A DNA stretch of 46,978 nt from Sumerlaeia bacterium. GTDB taxonomy: Bacteria > Sumerlaeota > Sumerlaeia > SLMS01 > JAHLLQ01. The position numbers were made by a program, and so were the translations under genes. The stretch's first letter is position 1, and each line of letters opens with the position of its first letter. This document shows positions 8,762 through 17,780 of this stretch, piece after piece. The stretch is taken from contig JAVJSW010000003.1 in the NCBI GenBank assembly GCA_040219255.1, forward strand, positions 1-46,978, in the 5' to 3' direction. The notes beneath the pieces were generated by a model. That model was not told the DNA's origin, did not search any database, and was given only the letters and a program-made list of their open reading frames with translations.

Positions 8762-9889
8762 TCAGAATCGCATCACCGGCGCGATTTCTTTCTCAGAAAC
8801 GCGCACATCCACGCCCGGCAGGGCCTCGCGGATGCGCCTCGCCAGCCTGCCGCCCGCGATGGCCTCGCTGTTGTGGTGCCCCAGAAGAATCGCCGCCAGA
8901 CCTCGCACTCGCGCCTCGGCGCAGCCATGGTGCGTCATCTCGCCGGTGACAAAGACATCGGCCCCCGACGCCTGTGCTTCGGCGAGAAGTCCGCCGCCGC
9001 CGCCGCTGCAAATCGCCACCCGCCGCAGTTCCCGATTCAGATCCCCCACCACGCCGACGCTGCCGATGCGGAACGCGTCTTTGCAGAACGAAGTGAACGC
9101 CATCAGCGTCATCGCCTTCGGCAAATCGCCCACGAGTCCCAGCCCATGCGCCGCCTCGCCGGTGGCCTCCAGCGGATACACATCGAACGCCACCTCCTCG
9201 TAAGGATGGGCGGCCTTCACCGCCTCGATCAAAGCGCCCAGACGTGCCTTCGGCACCACGATTTCCAGCCGCTCCTCCGTGTCCGCCTGCTCCATTTCGC
9301 CCACCGTCCCGGCGTAGGGATCGGCGCCTTCCAGGGGCTTGTACGTGCCCGTGCCGGGCGTTCGGAAGGTGCAATGGCTGTAGTTGCCGATCACGCCCGC
9401 GCCTGCCCCGGCGGCGGCTTCGATCACGGCGGCGATGTGATCGCGGGGGGTGAAGACCACGAACTTGTAATCGCCCTCGCGCTTCGCCGGCACCAGGAAG
9501 CTGCGGTTCTCGAGCCCGAGCCGGTCGGCGATTTCGCCGTTTGTGCCATCGGCCACGCTATCCCAGTTCGTGTGCGCGGCGATCACGTTCAGGTTCGCCC
9601 GGATCACGCGCGCCGCCAGGTCCGCCACCGGGTCCGTTTCGGCGAAGGACTTCGGCGGTTTGAAGATGAGCGGATGATGCAGGACCAGCGTGTTCGCGCC
9701 CACCTCGGTGGCTTCCTCCAGCACTTCCGGCGTGGCCTCCAGCGCCACCAGCACCCGCCCCGCGGGCCGATCCGGATGGCCGAATTGCAGCCCCACGTTG
9801 TCCCAGCTCTCCGCCAGCCGAAACGGCGCGATCGCGTCGATGGCATCCATCAGGTCCTTGACCGTCGGGGTATTCGTGTCTGTGCTCAT
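8762..9889 (-). CDS. Nif3-like dinuclear metal-centre hexameric protein (YqfO type with PII-like insert)
   Basis: AESWDNVGL, HHPLIF, HTNWD, GAGVIGNYSHC, HPYEEVAFD, GHHNSE. Confidence 0.93.
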   Translation of the reverse strand: MSTDTNTPTVKDLMDAIDAIAPFRLAESWDNVGLQFGHPDRPAGRVLVALEATPEVLEEATEVGANTLVLHHPLIFKPPKSFAETDPVADLAARVIRANLNVIAAHTNWDSVADGTNGEIADRLGLENRSFLVPAKREGDYKFVVFTPRDHIAAVIEAAAGAGAGVIGNYSHCTFRTPGTGTYKPLEGADPYAGTVGEMEQADTEERLEIVVPKARLGALIEAVKAAHPYEEVAFDVYPLEATGEAAHGLGLVGDLPKAMTLMAFTSFCKDAFRIGSVGVVGDLNRELRRVAICSGGGGGLLAEAQASGADVFVTGEMTHHGCAEARVRGLAAILLGHHNSEAIAGGRLARRIREALPGVDVRVSEKEIAPVMRF

Positions 9890-10917
9890 GGAGCCTCACT
9901 TTCCGTGGGTTGGGCGGGGGAGTCTCCGCCCGTCAATTCTTCCACCTGGGACAAGACCGCGCGGCCCTGCTCGCCCAGTTTCCCTTCCGCCTCCAGCCCC
10001 CGCAGTGTCGCCCGCACCGCCGGGCGCATCGCCGGATCGCGCCGGGCGATCTCGCGCAGAAGCCCCAGCATCGGCCGGCTTTCCGGTTCCTGGAACAGAT
10101 AATAGCGCGCCTCGCGAATGAGCTGCGGGTACATCCCCAGCTGAAGCGCCGCCGCAGCCGACTCGTCCAGCAAATCCAGGTACTCCACCGGCGCGTGCGA
10201 GGTCTGCTGCTCCAATTCGCGCAGGAACAGGAGAGCGTCGCTTTGCTCGCCCGACCGCTGTGCCGCCTTAACCGCGTCGGCGTAAAATTCCTCGCGCCGT
10301 TGGCGGGGAGCCGGGAGCAGCTCAGACGCCCGCCGGAAACTCTCGTACGCCACCCGCGCCGCGTTCGCCGCCCGTTCGCGATCCCCCGCCCGGGCATAGG
10401 AATCCGACAACAGCAGCGCCAGTTCGCCCCGCGTCCTCAGCAAACCCGCCAGCGAATCGTAGCTCCTGCTCGCCTCGTTCAACAGCCCCAGCCCCTCCTC
10501 CAGGTTGCCCGCGTTCAGCGTCTGCCCTTTGGCTGCCTTTGTCCCCTCGTCCGCCAGCATCGCCACCGCCAGCTCCCGCTTCAGCCTCGGGTCCCACCCC
10601 GTCTCGTTCAGCGCCTTGCGCAGCGCCGTGATCTCCATCGAACGCATATCCGCCATGCGCGCCGACTTCGCCTCGGCATACAGCCGCTCCGCCGCCAATT
10701 GCCTCCGCGTATGCACCACCGCCACCAGCGCCAGCGCCACCAGCACCGCCGCCCCAGCGCCCCGCAGCGCCAGCTCCTTGCGCAGAAAATCCCCCCGCTC
10801 CGCCCGCTCGCGTGACTGCGCGGCCTTCTTCTCGTCCGCCCGCGCCGAAGACGTGGAACCGCCCGTCACAGGGGCGGACACGGCGCCAGTTCGTTTCTTC
10901 GCAGGTTTCTTCGCCAT
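9886..10917 (-). CDS. Hypothetical membrane-anchored helical (TPR-like) protein
   Basis: One N-terminal TM segment followed by Ala/Leu/Glu-rich helices. 4-nt overlap with the nif3-like start. Confidence 0.6.
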   Translation of the reverse strand: MAKKPAKKRTGAVSAPVTGGSTSSARADEKKAAQSRERAERGDFLRKELALRGAGAAVLVALALVAVVHTRRQLAAERLYAEAKSARMADMRSMEITALRKALNETGWDPRLKRELAVAMLADEGTKAAKGQTLNAGNLEEGLGLLNEASRSYDSLAGLLRTRGELALLLSDSYARAGDRERAANAARVAYESFRRASELLPAPRQRREEFYADAVKAAQRSGEQSDALLFLRELEQQTSHAPVEYLDLLDESAAAALQLGMYPQLIREARYYLFQEPESRPMLGLLREIARRDPAMRPAVRATLRGLEAEGKLGEQGRAVLSQVEELTGGDSPAQPTESEAP

Positions 10918-11056
10918 CAGAGCAACAGCCTCGCGCCGCAGAAAAAGGAGTCAACAAGAAGGCACCCGGCCCCGTACCCCTATCTTCCCACGCCGCGCGA
11001 GAGCCTCAAGCCCGGTTTTTGCTCCCACTCCGCCAAGATCGAAAGGACCCCCCCAA

Positions 11057-11626
11057 ATGACCGAACGCGAAAAAATGCTCGCCGGCCAGCTCTATCGCGC
11101 CAGCGATCCCGAACTCTCCGCCATGGCCCGCCGCGCACGCGACCTCGTTTTCCGCTACAATCACCTGCCCCCCGCCCAGGAAGACACCGCCCGCGCACTC
11201 CTCGATGAACTCTTCGGCTCTCTCGGCGCTGGCGGTGTCCTGGTCCCGCCGTTCCACTGCGACTATGGGACGCACATCCATGCCGGCGACAACTTCTACA
11301 TGAACAGCGGCGGCGTCATCCTCGACGTCTGCGAAGTCCGCATCGGCCACGGTGTCATGTGCGGGCCCGGCGTCCATCTTTACACCGCCACCCACCCACT
11401 CGATCCCGCCGTCCGCGCCTCCGGACTCGAAAACGGCGCCCCCATCGCCATCGGCGACAACGTCTGGCTCGGCGGCGGAGTCATCGTCTGCCCCGGCGTC
11501 ACCATCGGCCGCGACACCGTCGTCGGCGCCGGCGCCATCGTCACCCGCGACCTGCCCGCCGGAGTCCTCGCCGCCGGCAACCCCGCCCGCGTCCTGCGCC
11601 CCATCGCCTCCAGCGGCCCCTCCTAA
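11057..11626 (+). CDS. maa: Sugar O-acetyltransferase (maltose acetyltransferase family)
   Basis: MTEREKMLAG.LY, PPFHCDYG, hexapeptide repeats IGDNVWLGGG, AGNPARV. GAAAGGA RBS upstream. Confidence 0.88.
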   Translation: MTEREKMLAGQLYRASDPELSAMARRARDLVFRYNHLPPAQEDTARALLDELFGSLGAGGVLVPPFHCDYGTHIHAGDNFYMNSGGVILDVCEVRIGHGVMCGPGVHLYTATHPLDPAVRASGLENGAPIAIGDNVWLGGGVIVCPGVTIGRDTVVGAGAIVTRDLPAGVLAAGNPARVLRPIASSGPS

Positions 11627-12927
11627 TCCACCCTCATCACATCCCGAGTCGCCGACATCACCCAGTCCGTTTCGGCCAGCAAGAAGCTGTACACTTCGCG
11701 AATCTTCTCCGGCAGCGCCAGAATCGACACCTGCCCCAGCGTCGTATCCAGCAGCCGCAGCGCCCGCCCCACATGCCGCAACTCCACCGCCCCGCAACCC
11801 TCCTCCGCCGCCAGCGCCTTCGCCCCCCAGATCGTCATCGGATACACCAGGAAAAACTGACGCACGCCCTCCACCAACGGCGACTCCTCGCCCTGGCCCG
11901 CGATCAGGAACTTCTGGCTCACGATCTTCGCCCTCAGGAACGACCGCAGCACCGCCGGCCCCTCGCCCTCGAAAATCCCCGCGTCCACCCGCTGCGCCTC
12001 CTCGAACGTACACGCCAGGTCCCGCCCCCCCACATGCGGCGCCCCCTCCTGACGCTGAAACCGCTCCGCCACCGCCAGCCGCTCCCGCTCCACCGCCTGC
12101 TTTTCCATCATCGGCAACTCGTGAATATTCTCCGGCGGCCGGTTCAGGCACAGGAACATCCACTGGAAAAACGCCGTCCGCTGCGTCCGGTCCATCGGCT
12201 CCGGCGGCGCCAGCTTCCCCATCTGCTTCGCCAACCCCGACGCGATCGCACCCCGCAGCACCGCCGCCGAAGCCTTCGCCGGATCCCCCGTCAGGCCCAG
12301 CTTCAAAAATTGCAAGCACGCCCGCACCCGATCCGTCAGCCCCAGGCTCCCCTCCTCCAACAACCCCACCAGCGTATGCTCCACCTCCCACATCAACTCC
12401 GGCGTCACCTTCAACCCGCCCCGCAGCCGATGCGCCCGCCGGTCCACCGCCCCCGCCGCCTCGCTCAGCAAATCCGCCCACTCCGGCAGCGACCGGTCCG
12501 TCACCTCCGCGCCCCGGCCCTCACTCACCGCCTTGCACGAAAACGCCACATCCACCGCGATCCGATCCCCCATCGGATAAAACCCGAACGGATACAACCG
12601 GCACAGCAACGGCTTCGCCTCCGCCCCATGATGCGCATGGATCAGACACTCCTGCCGCTCGCCCAGGAACAGACACTCCGCCTCATCATTCCCCGCGATC
12701 ACATCCCGCTTCTGAGCCAACCGCCGCCGCCTTCCCAGCCCCGGCACCTTCACCTCCACCGACCGCGCCGCCGCCCCAGCCACATGCCCAGCCTCCGCCC
12801 CAAACTCCAGCCCCCCGATCCGCTCCTCCTCACCCGGCCCCAGCAGAATATGCCACCCCCGGCAGCAATCCCCGCACTGCGTACACGAATACCGCACCTC
12901 CTTAGGAACCTCGAACCGAACCACCAT
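11623..12927 (-). CDS. YkgJ-family CxxCxxCC cysteine-cluster protein (FliB-like extension)
   Basis: YSCTQCGDCCR, CLFL...CLIH..HG.EAKP..CRLYPF, and a later Cys. Confidence 0.8.
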   Translation of the reverse strand: MVVRFEVPKEVRYSCTQCGDCCRGWHILLGPGEEERIGGLEFGAEAGHVAGAAARSVEVKVPGLGRRRRLAQKRDVIAGNDEAECLFLGERQECLIHAHHGAEAKPLLCRLYPFGFYPMGDRIAVDVAFSCKAVSEGRGAEVTDRSLPEWADLLSEAAGAVDRRAHRLRGGLKVTPELMWEVEHTLVGLLEEGSLGLTDRVRACLQFLKLGLTGDPAKASAAVLRGAIASGLAKQMGKLAPPEPMDRTQRTAFFQWMFLCLNRPPENIHELPMMEKQAVERERLAVAERFQRQEGAPHVGGRDLACTFEEAQRVDAGIFEGEGPAVLRSFLRAKIVSQKFLIAGQGEESPLVEGVRQFFLVYPMTIWGAKALAAEEGCGAVELRHVGRALRLLDTTLGQVSILALPEKIREVYSFLLAETDWVMSATRDVMRVD

Positions 12928-13170
12928 ACCGCCAGGAAAAACCCTTCCGTCAACCGATCGTGCCCCTCTGCCGAGGCCGCGATGAGATAAGCAGACGGCC
13001 GGGGTGGCTGCAAGGATTGGTGGGCGAACCGTTCGGAGTCCCGCGTTGACGCGGAACCGTGCGAGAAGGGAACCAGCGCGCCCCCTCCCGGCTTATAGGA
13101 TGAGAAATATGCATGTAAGGCATTTAGAAGGCTCATTGCGGAAACTTGGAACAGTACGCCTTAGCATATC

Positions 13171-14640
13171 TATAACTGGAATGTCGATGATCGCTTGGCC
13201 CAGGTGGATCTTCTCAACCAGCCCGGCACGCCGTATATCAAATACAGCTACGACTATTTAGGAACTCGCAGCGGTCGCAATGCCTCGAACGGCGATGTCG
13301 ACCATTACCTGACCGACTATGAAAACCCGACCGGCTACAGCCAGGTCCTCGCCGAACTGCGCGCCGACGGCGTCGAATCCACCACAAACCACTGGTACGC
13401 CGACGGTTACGGCCCCATGGCGGAGGCCGCGGACGGCGCGACCCCCAACTGGCTCCTGCGCGATCACCTCTCGACCACACGAGGCTTGACGGACGGCGTA
13501 TCCGGTGCTTCCCTTCTCCATTATAGCCCGTTCGGCGACGAATCGCCGGACGGAGCGGGCTCTTTGACAACCGAAACCAATCACCTTTTTACCGGCCAGT
13601 GGCGCGACCCGGCCACGGCTTTGCAGTGGCACCGGGCGCGGTGGTTGGATGTAGGTGTCGGGCGGTGGTTGAGCGAGGACCCGGTGTTTGATTGGCCGGG
13701 AATTCTTGGGAGTGGGTATGGGTATGGAATTGTAGGAGCGACGGTTGGTTATGATATTGCTGGCTTAGAATTCTCACTAATAGGGACTCTGGCCGGTGCT
13801 ACTGTCTTACTCACGATAGCAGCGATTGCAATTCCATTTGCAGGGGCAGTAATGCTTGCGGTGAAGGGAAAGATATCTTTGGCAGGGTTCTTGCGCGAGA
13901 CAGCAGATCTATTCAATTGGCTTGCAGTTATTGGGGAATTGATGCTTGGTTCTGTGGGAGGAGCTGGGGTAGGTGTGGCTGCAGAGCGCGCAGCTCGGGT
14001 TTTCGTCAAAAAGCTCGGGTACGCTGCCGTTAAGAAAGTTTTTTCATTCGTAGGCTTTGTTTCTTCCGTAATAGCGTTGTGGGCTAGCATTAAAGATACA
14101 TTAAACTTACTTTCGGCAACCCTGCCATCGAACGAAGCCGAAAGATTCGTGGCCAGATTGATGATGGGCATTATTCTAACTTCCATCATAGGTAAAGCAA
14201 CTAAATCGGGTAGGTACAAACGTTGGTTTGAGAGAGGTAGCGATAACGATCCTGAGTTCTGGGAAAATCTTACCCCGCAGCAAAGGAGTGACTATGAGAC
14301 CGCTCAAGGAGCATATACCTCGCAGACATAGGACGAAATAAGGATGAATCTTGATTTAGGAGAGTCCGCAAGTGAAATTGCAGAGCGAGGAGCCGCGATT
14401 AGGGAAGCAGGTCTCGCTGGAGAGTCAACGAGGGGTATTGGAGAATACCTCCAAGCGACGTACGACAGTTGGAGAGGAAATAATCCCCATGGCCTAACTC
14501 TCGGTGAGTGGCTGGCGAGTGGCCCGACGCCACTTTACCGACAAGCTTTTGGCTCTACGAACTTGTGTGCCAACATGACTTCAGGTCTTTTTCTTTTTGA
14601 GTCGATTGACTTGGACAATAGTACACCCCCGCTAGATTGA
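13171..14640 (+). pseudogene. Orphan RHS core tip plus hydrophobic C-terminal toxin domain, 5' truncated, with one in-frame TAG at 14329-14331
   Basis: YNWNVDDRL, YSYDYLG.R, TGYSQVLAE, LRDHLSTTR, YSPFG, FTGQWRD...HRARWLD..GRWLSEDP and a degenerate 'GYDIAGL' cleavage motif. GC drops after the core. ORF 14344-14640 is in the same frame 12 nt after the TAG. Confidence 0.8.
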
Positions 14641-14825
14641 GTAAACGTAACATGTTAGGGCGAACAGCATTAAGCCACTTTTTTCTGCCACTCTTCTTTC
14701 CTCTGTTTTGCTTGGTAATCGGGGAAAAGCTGGGCATGCCTAAGATACTTTTTGCGTGCGGTCTTCTTGTTTCCGCTGGATACTTTGGATTTATTATGTA
14801 CGTTACAAGAAAAAAAACTCAATAA
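14637..14825 (+). CDS. Small two-TM protein, candidate RHS immunity protein
   Basis: AT-rich, overlaps the toxin stop (TTGA), two hydrophobic segments. Alternative ATG at 14652. Confidence 0.5.
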   Translation: MSKRNMLGRTALSHFFLPLFFPLFCLVIGEKLGMPKILFACGLLVSAGYFGFIMYVTRKKTQ

Positions 14826-14879
14826 TTATAGGAGGCTTTGTGTGGCGGTGGAGTGGCGCGGAGGAACCTCTCCTCCGCA

Positions 14880-15155
14880 TTCTATCGATTTGGCATGCTG
14901 ATCGACGAGCGCGATGCCTCCGGCCTGATCGACCGCATCACCGAGCAGCGCGTGGCCGAAGGACCATTCGTTTGGGATTATACGTACGATGGCCTGAAAC
15001 GCCTCGAAACCGGCACCCTCGACGCGCCCGGTACAGATAACGATCTTGCCTACGCTTACACCTACGACCGCAACGGCAACCGCAAATCAAAATCCAGCAA
15101 CGGAACACCGGTAAACTACACCTATAACCGCCTGGACCAACTTGTCACCGAAGCT
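14880..15155 (+). pseudogene. Second orphan RHS/YD-repeat fragment, truncated
   Basis: WDYTYDGLKRL, YAYTYDRNGNR and YTYNRLDQL YD repeats, then runs into non-coding short repeats. Confidence 0.75.
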
Positions 15156-15197
15156 TGCCGAAAAGCCCAGCATCCAACCCCCTTCCCCGCCAGCCAC

Positions 15198-15390
15198 CCC
15201 CCTTTGCTCCTTTGCCCCATTGCCCCTCTGCGTTAAAAAAGCGATCCCACCACCCCCAAACCCCCATCCTCCGCGCCCCCTGCGCCTCGGCGGTGAAATC
15301 CCCATCCCCCCGCCCACCACTCGCCGCCCCCAAACTCCTCAGCTCCCTCGACTTACCCGCCCCTAAGCGCCTTTAGTCCCTTTAGTGCAA
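15198..15390. repeat. Cluster of short degenerate tandem repeats
   Basis: 8-nt units CTTTGCTC-CTTTGCCC-CATTGCCC-CTCTGCGT; CCTCCGCGCCCCCTGCGCCTCGGCGGTGAAA; CCTTTAGT twice at a 9-nt period. Confidence 0.55.
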
Positions 15391-15555
15391 CAAGTGTATT
15401 TTGTCTATCTTGTCCCGTAAGCTCCACATGAGGGGACAAACCGAACGGCCTGTGTAACCCTTCCACCATCACGCGTGACCCGGAAGGAACCACCCGCCAT
15501 GAACCGCACGTCTCCCCTGAAAATCAGCGTCCACTCCTCGAAAACCGTTCCCACG

Positions 15556-16326
15556 CTACTTCTTCGGCTTCGCCACCGGCCGCACGTCGATCTTGCCGAG
15601 CATACTCGGGTCGGGCATCATGCAGGCCATCAGTACCGCGTTCGCCACTTGCTCGGGCGTGGCCATCCAGTCCTGGTCCTTCTCGTGGCTGCCGGGCCGG
15701 CTGTCGGTGTGAAAGCGCGTGTCGATGCTGCCGGGGGCGACGATGGTGACTTTGATGTTATCGTGGCGCAGGTCCTGGAAAATGCACTGGCTGAAGCCAT
15801 TCAACGCCCACTTCGTCGCGAAGTAGCCGCTGCCGCCGGGGGCGGCGTTTTCTCCGGCCAGCGACGAAACGTTGACGATGTGTCCGCCGCCGTTGTGGCG
15901 CAGGCCGCCCAGGGCCTGGCGCACCATGTAATAGGGGCCGAAGACGTTGACGCGGAACTGCTTTTCGAACTCGTCGTCGTTGAATTTATCCACCGGCCGC
16001 ATGATGCCCATGCCGGCGTTGTTGACGAGGATGTTGACGGGGCCGAGTTTTTCGGTGGCCGCGGCGGCGAAGGCAGCACAGTTGGCCGGATCGGTGACGT
16101 CGAGACGGATGGCGGCGGCCTTACCGCCGTCGTTGGTGATGATTTCGGCGGCGGATTCGATTTCTTCGGTGCTGCGGGCGCCGAGGGCGACGCTCGCTCC
16201 CGAGCGGGCTAGCGCGAACGCGACGGCTCGGCCAATGCCTCGCCCGGCGCCGGTGACCCAGGCGACTTTGCCGTTGAGGGATTCGAGACCGGCGAAGGGG
16301 GCGTGCTGCTGGCGGGCTGTGGACAT
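15556..16326 (-). CDS. Short-chain dehydrogenase/reductase
   Basis: [24 protein letters not shown]. Start MSTARQ at 16326. Confidence 0.92.
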   Translation of the reverse strand: MSTARQQHAPFAGLESLNGKVAWVTGAGRGIGRAVAFALARSGASVALGARSTEEIESAAEIITNDGGKAAAIRLDVTDPANCAAFAAAATEKLGPVNILVNNAGMGIMRPVDKFNDDEFEKQFRVNVFGPYYMVRQALGGLRHNGGGHIVNVSSLAGENAAPGGSGYFATKWALNGFSQCIFQDLRHDNIKVTIVAPGSIDTRFHTDSRPGSHEKDQDWMATPEQVANAVLMACMMPDPSMLGKIDVRPVAKPKK

Positions 16327-17780
16327 GATGAGGAGCTTTCCGTGGGCTGGGTAAGTAACGCCGCCGGGTCCGTTTTGTGGTGCCGATGCGCCCGCGGGCG
16401 CATCCGGAACACGGTCATGATCAGGATTTTGAAATCCAGCCACAACGACCAATTCTCGATGTAGTAGAGGTCGTACCGGAGCCGTTGGCTGATGGACGTA
16501 TCGCCACGCAAACCATGGACCTGAGCCCAGCCGGTCATGCCGGTGCGGACTTTGTGGCGCGCCATGTAGCGGGGAAAGGCCTGGCGGAACTGCTTCACAT
16601 AGTGGGGGCGCTCGGGGCGCGGGCCGACCAGGCTCATGTCGCCGCGAAAGACGTTCCAGAGCTGGGGCACTTCGTCCAGGTTCCACCGCCGCAGGAACCG
16701 GCCGAATCGCGTCGCCCGGGGGTCGTCTTGATCGCCCCAGCCGGGGCCGTCTTTCTCGGCGTCCACCGGCATGGTGCGGAATTTGTAGATGTTGAACTTC
16801 CGCCCGTCCAGGCCCAGGCGCTTTTGCTTGTAGAAGAACGGGCCGGGCGAGGAGAACTTGACCGCCGCGTACACGAACGGCAGCATCGGCAGGAAACACA
16901 GAATGCCCAGAAACGACAGCGTCATGTCGGTGCCGCGCTTGACGATCAGGTTCCAACCGTGGAGCGGCGTGCCCTGGAGCACGTACATCGGCACGCCGGC
17001 GATTTCATCGTAGAAGATTTCCGACCGCATCATGTCGGACAGGGTCGGCACGACGCTGACGCGGGCGCCGCCGGCTTCGGCTTCGAGGAACAGGCTGAGG
17101 AAGTCGCCGTGGGGCAGTTCGCTCTGGGCGACGAAAACTTCCTGGATGTGGTGTTCGCGGATCAGATCGCCCAATTTCCCGACGCAACCCAGGATCGGGA
17201 CGCGGCCGACGGATTTCCGCGTGGACGGCGCGGCGGAGACAAATCCGGCCAGCTCGTAAGCATACTCCGGCCGCAGCCGAATCCGCGCGGCGAGCCGAAT
17301 GCCCGTGGGGCCGATGCCGATAATCAGCACCCGCGCCCGGGGGAGACTGCGGCCGACGAAGTAGCGCTGGATCACGCCTTGCAGGGCGCCCCGCCCGATC
17401 ACCAGCGACGCCGTGACGGTCAAGAACGCCATGGGATAGAGGAGCCGGGCGACGTCTTCTTCGCGCCAGAAATAGTTGCGCGCCACGATCAGGGCCACAG
17501 CCAGCGCCGAGCCCTTGAGCAGGCGCCGGGCGCGGTTGAAGGTGATGACCCGCGGGTGGTTCTGATAACAGCCGGTCCAGTGCAGGCTCAGGAGCCAAAT
17601 CCCGACGGACCATGGCAGAAGGCGCAGGTAGAGTTCCAGGCTCCAGGCGCCCGATGGCGGGATGATTCCGCCGTGGAATCGCAGCCAATAAGCCAGGAAC
17701 AGCCCGCAAAAAATCGCCAGCAAATCCGTGGCGGCTTGCAGGAGCAGGAATTCCGTGCCTTGGGTGCGATGGGGTTTCAT
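16209..17780 (-). CDS. Undecaprenyl-phosphate hexose-1-phosphate transferase (WcaJ/WbaP family)
   Basis: Four N-terminal TMs, CoA-binding-like domain, [53 protein letters not shown]. Confidence 0.92.
   Translation of the reverse strand: MKPHRTQGTEFLLLQAATDLLAIFCGLFLAYWLRFHGGIIPPSGAWSLELYLRLLPWSVGIWLLSLHWTGCYQNHPRVITFNRARRLLKGSALAVALIVARNYFWREEDVARLLYPMAFLTVTASLVIGRGALQGVIQRYFVGRSLPRARVLIIGIGPTGIRLAARIRLRPEYAYELAGFVSAAPSTRKSVGRVPILGCVGKLGDLIREHHIQEVFVAQSELPHGDFLSLFLEAEAGGARVSVVPTLSDMMRSEIFYDEIAGVPMYVLQGTPLHGWNLIVKRGTDMTLSFLGILCFLPMLPFVYAAVKFSSPGPFFYKQKRLGLDGRKFNIYKFRTMPVDAEKDGPGWGDQDDPRATRFGRFLRRWNLDEVPQLWNVFRGDMSLVGPRPERPHYVKQFRQAFPRYMARHKVRTGMTGWAQVHGLRGDTSISQRLRYDLYYIENWSLWLDFKILIMTVFRMRPRAHRHHKTDPAALLTQPTESSSSCPQPASSTPPSPVSNPSTAKSPGSPAPGEALAEPSRSR

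Noticed and set aside
11006-12990. Pro-rich 517-aa, Arg-rich 543-aa and Gly-rich 491-aa ORFs
   Set aside because: Artefacts of local C skew over the real acetyltransferase and YkgJ genes.
14329-14331. TAG recoding (pyrrolysine or alternative genetic code)
   Set aside because: TAG ends several conserved genes here at expected positions, and no pyl genes are visible.
15198-15390. CRISPR array
   Set aside because: Units are 8-9 nt and degenerate, with no spacers and no cas genes.
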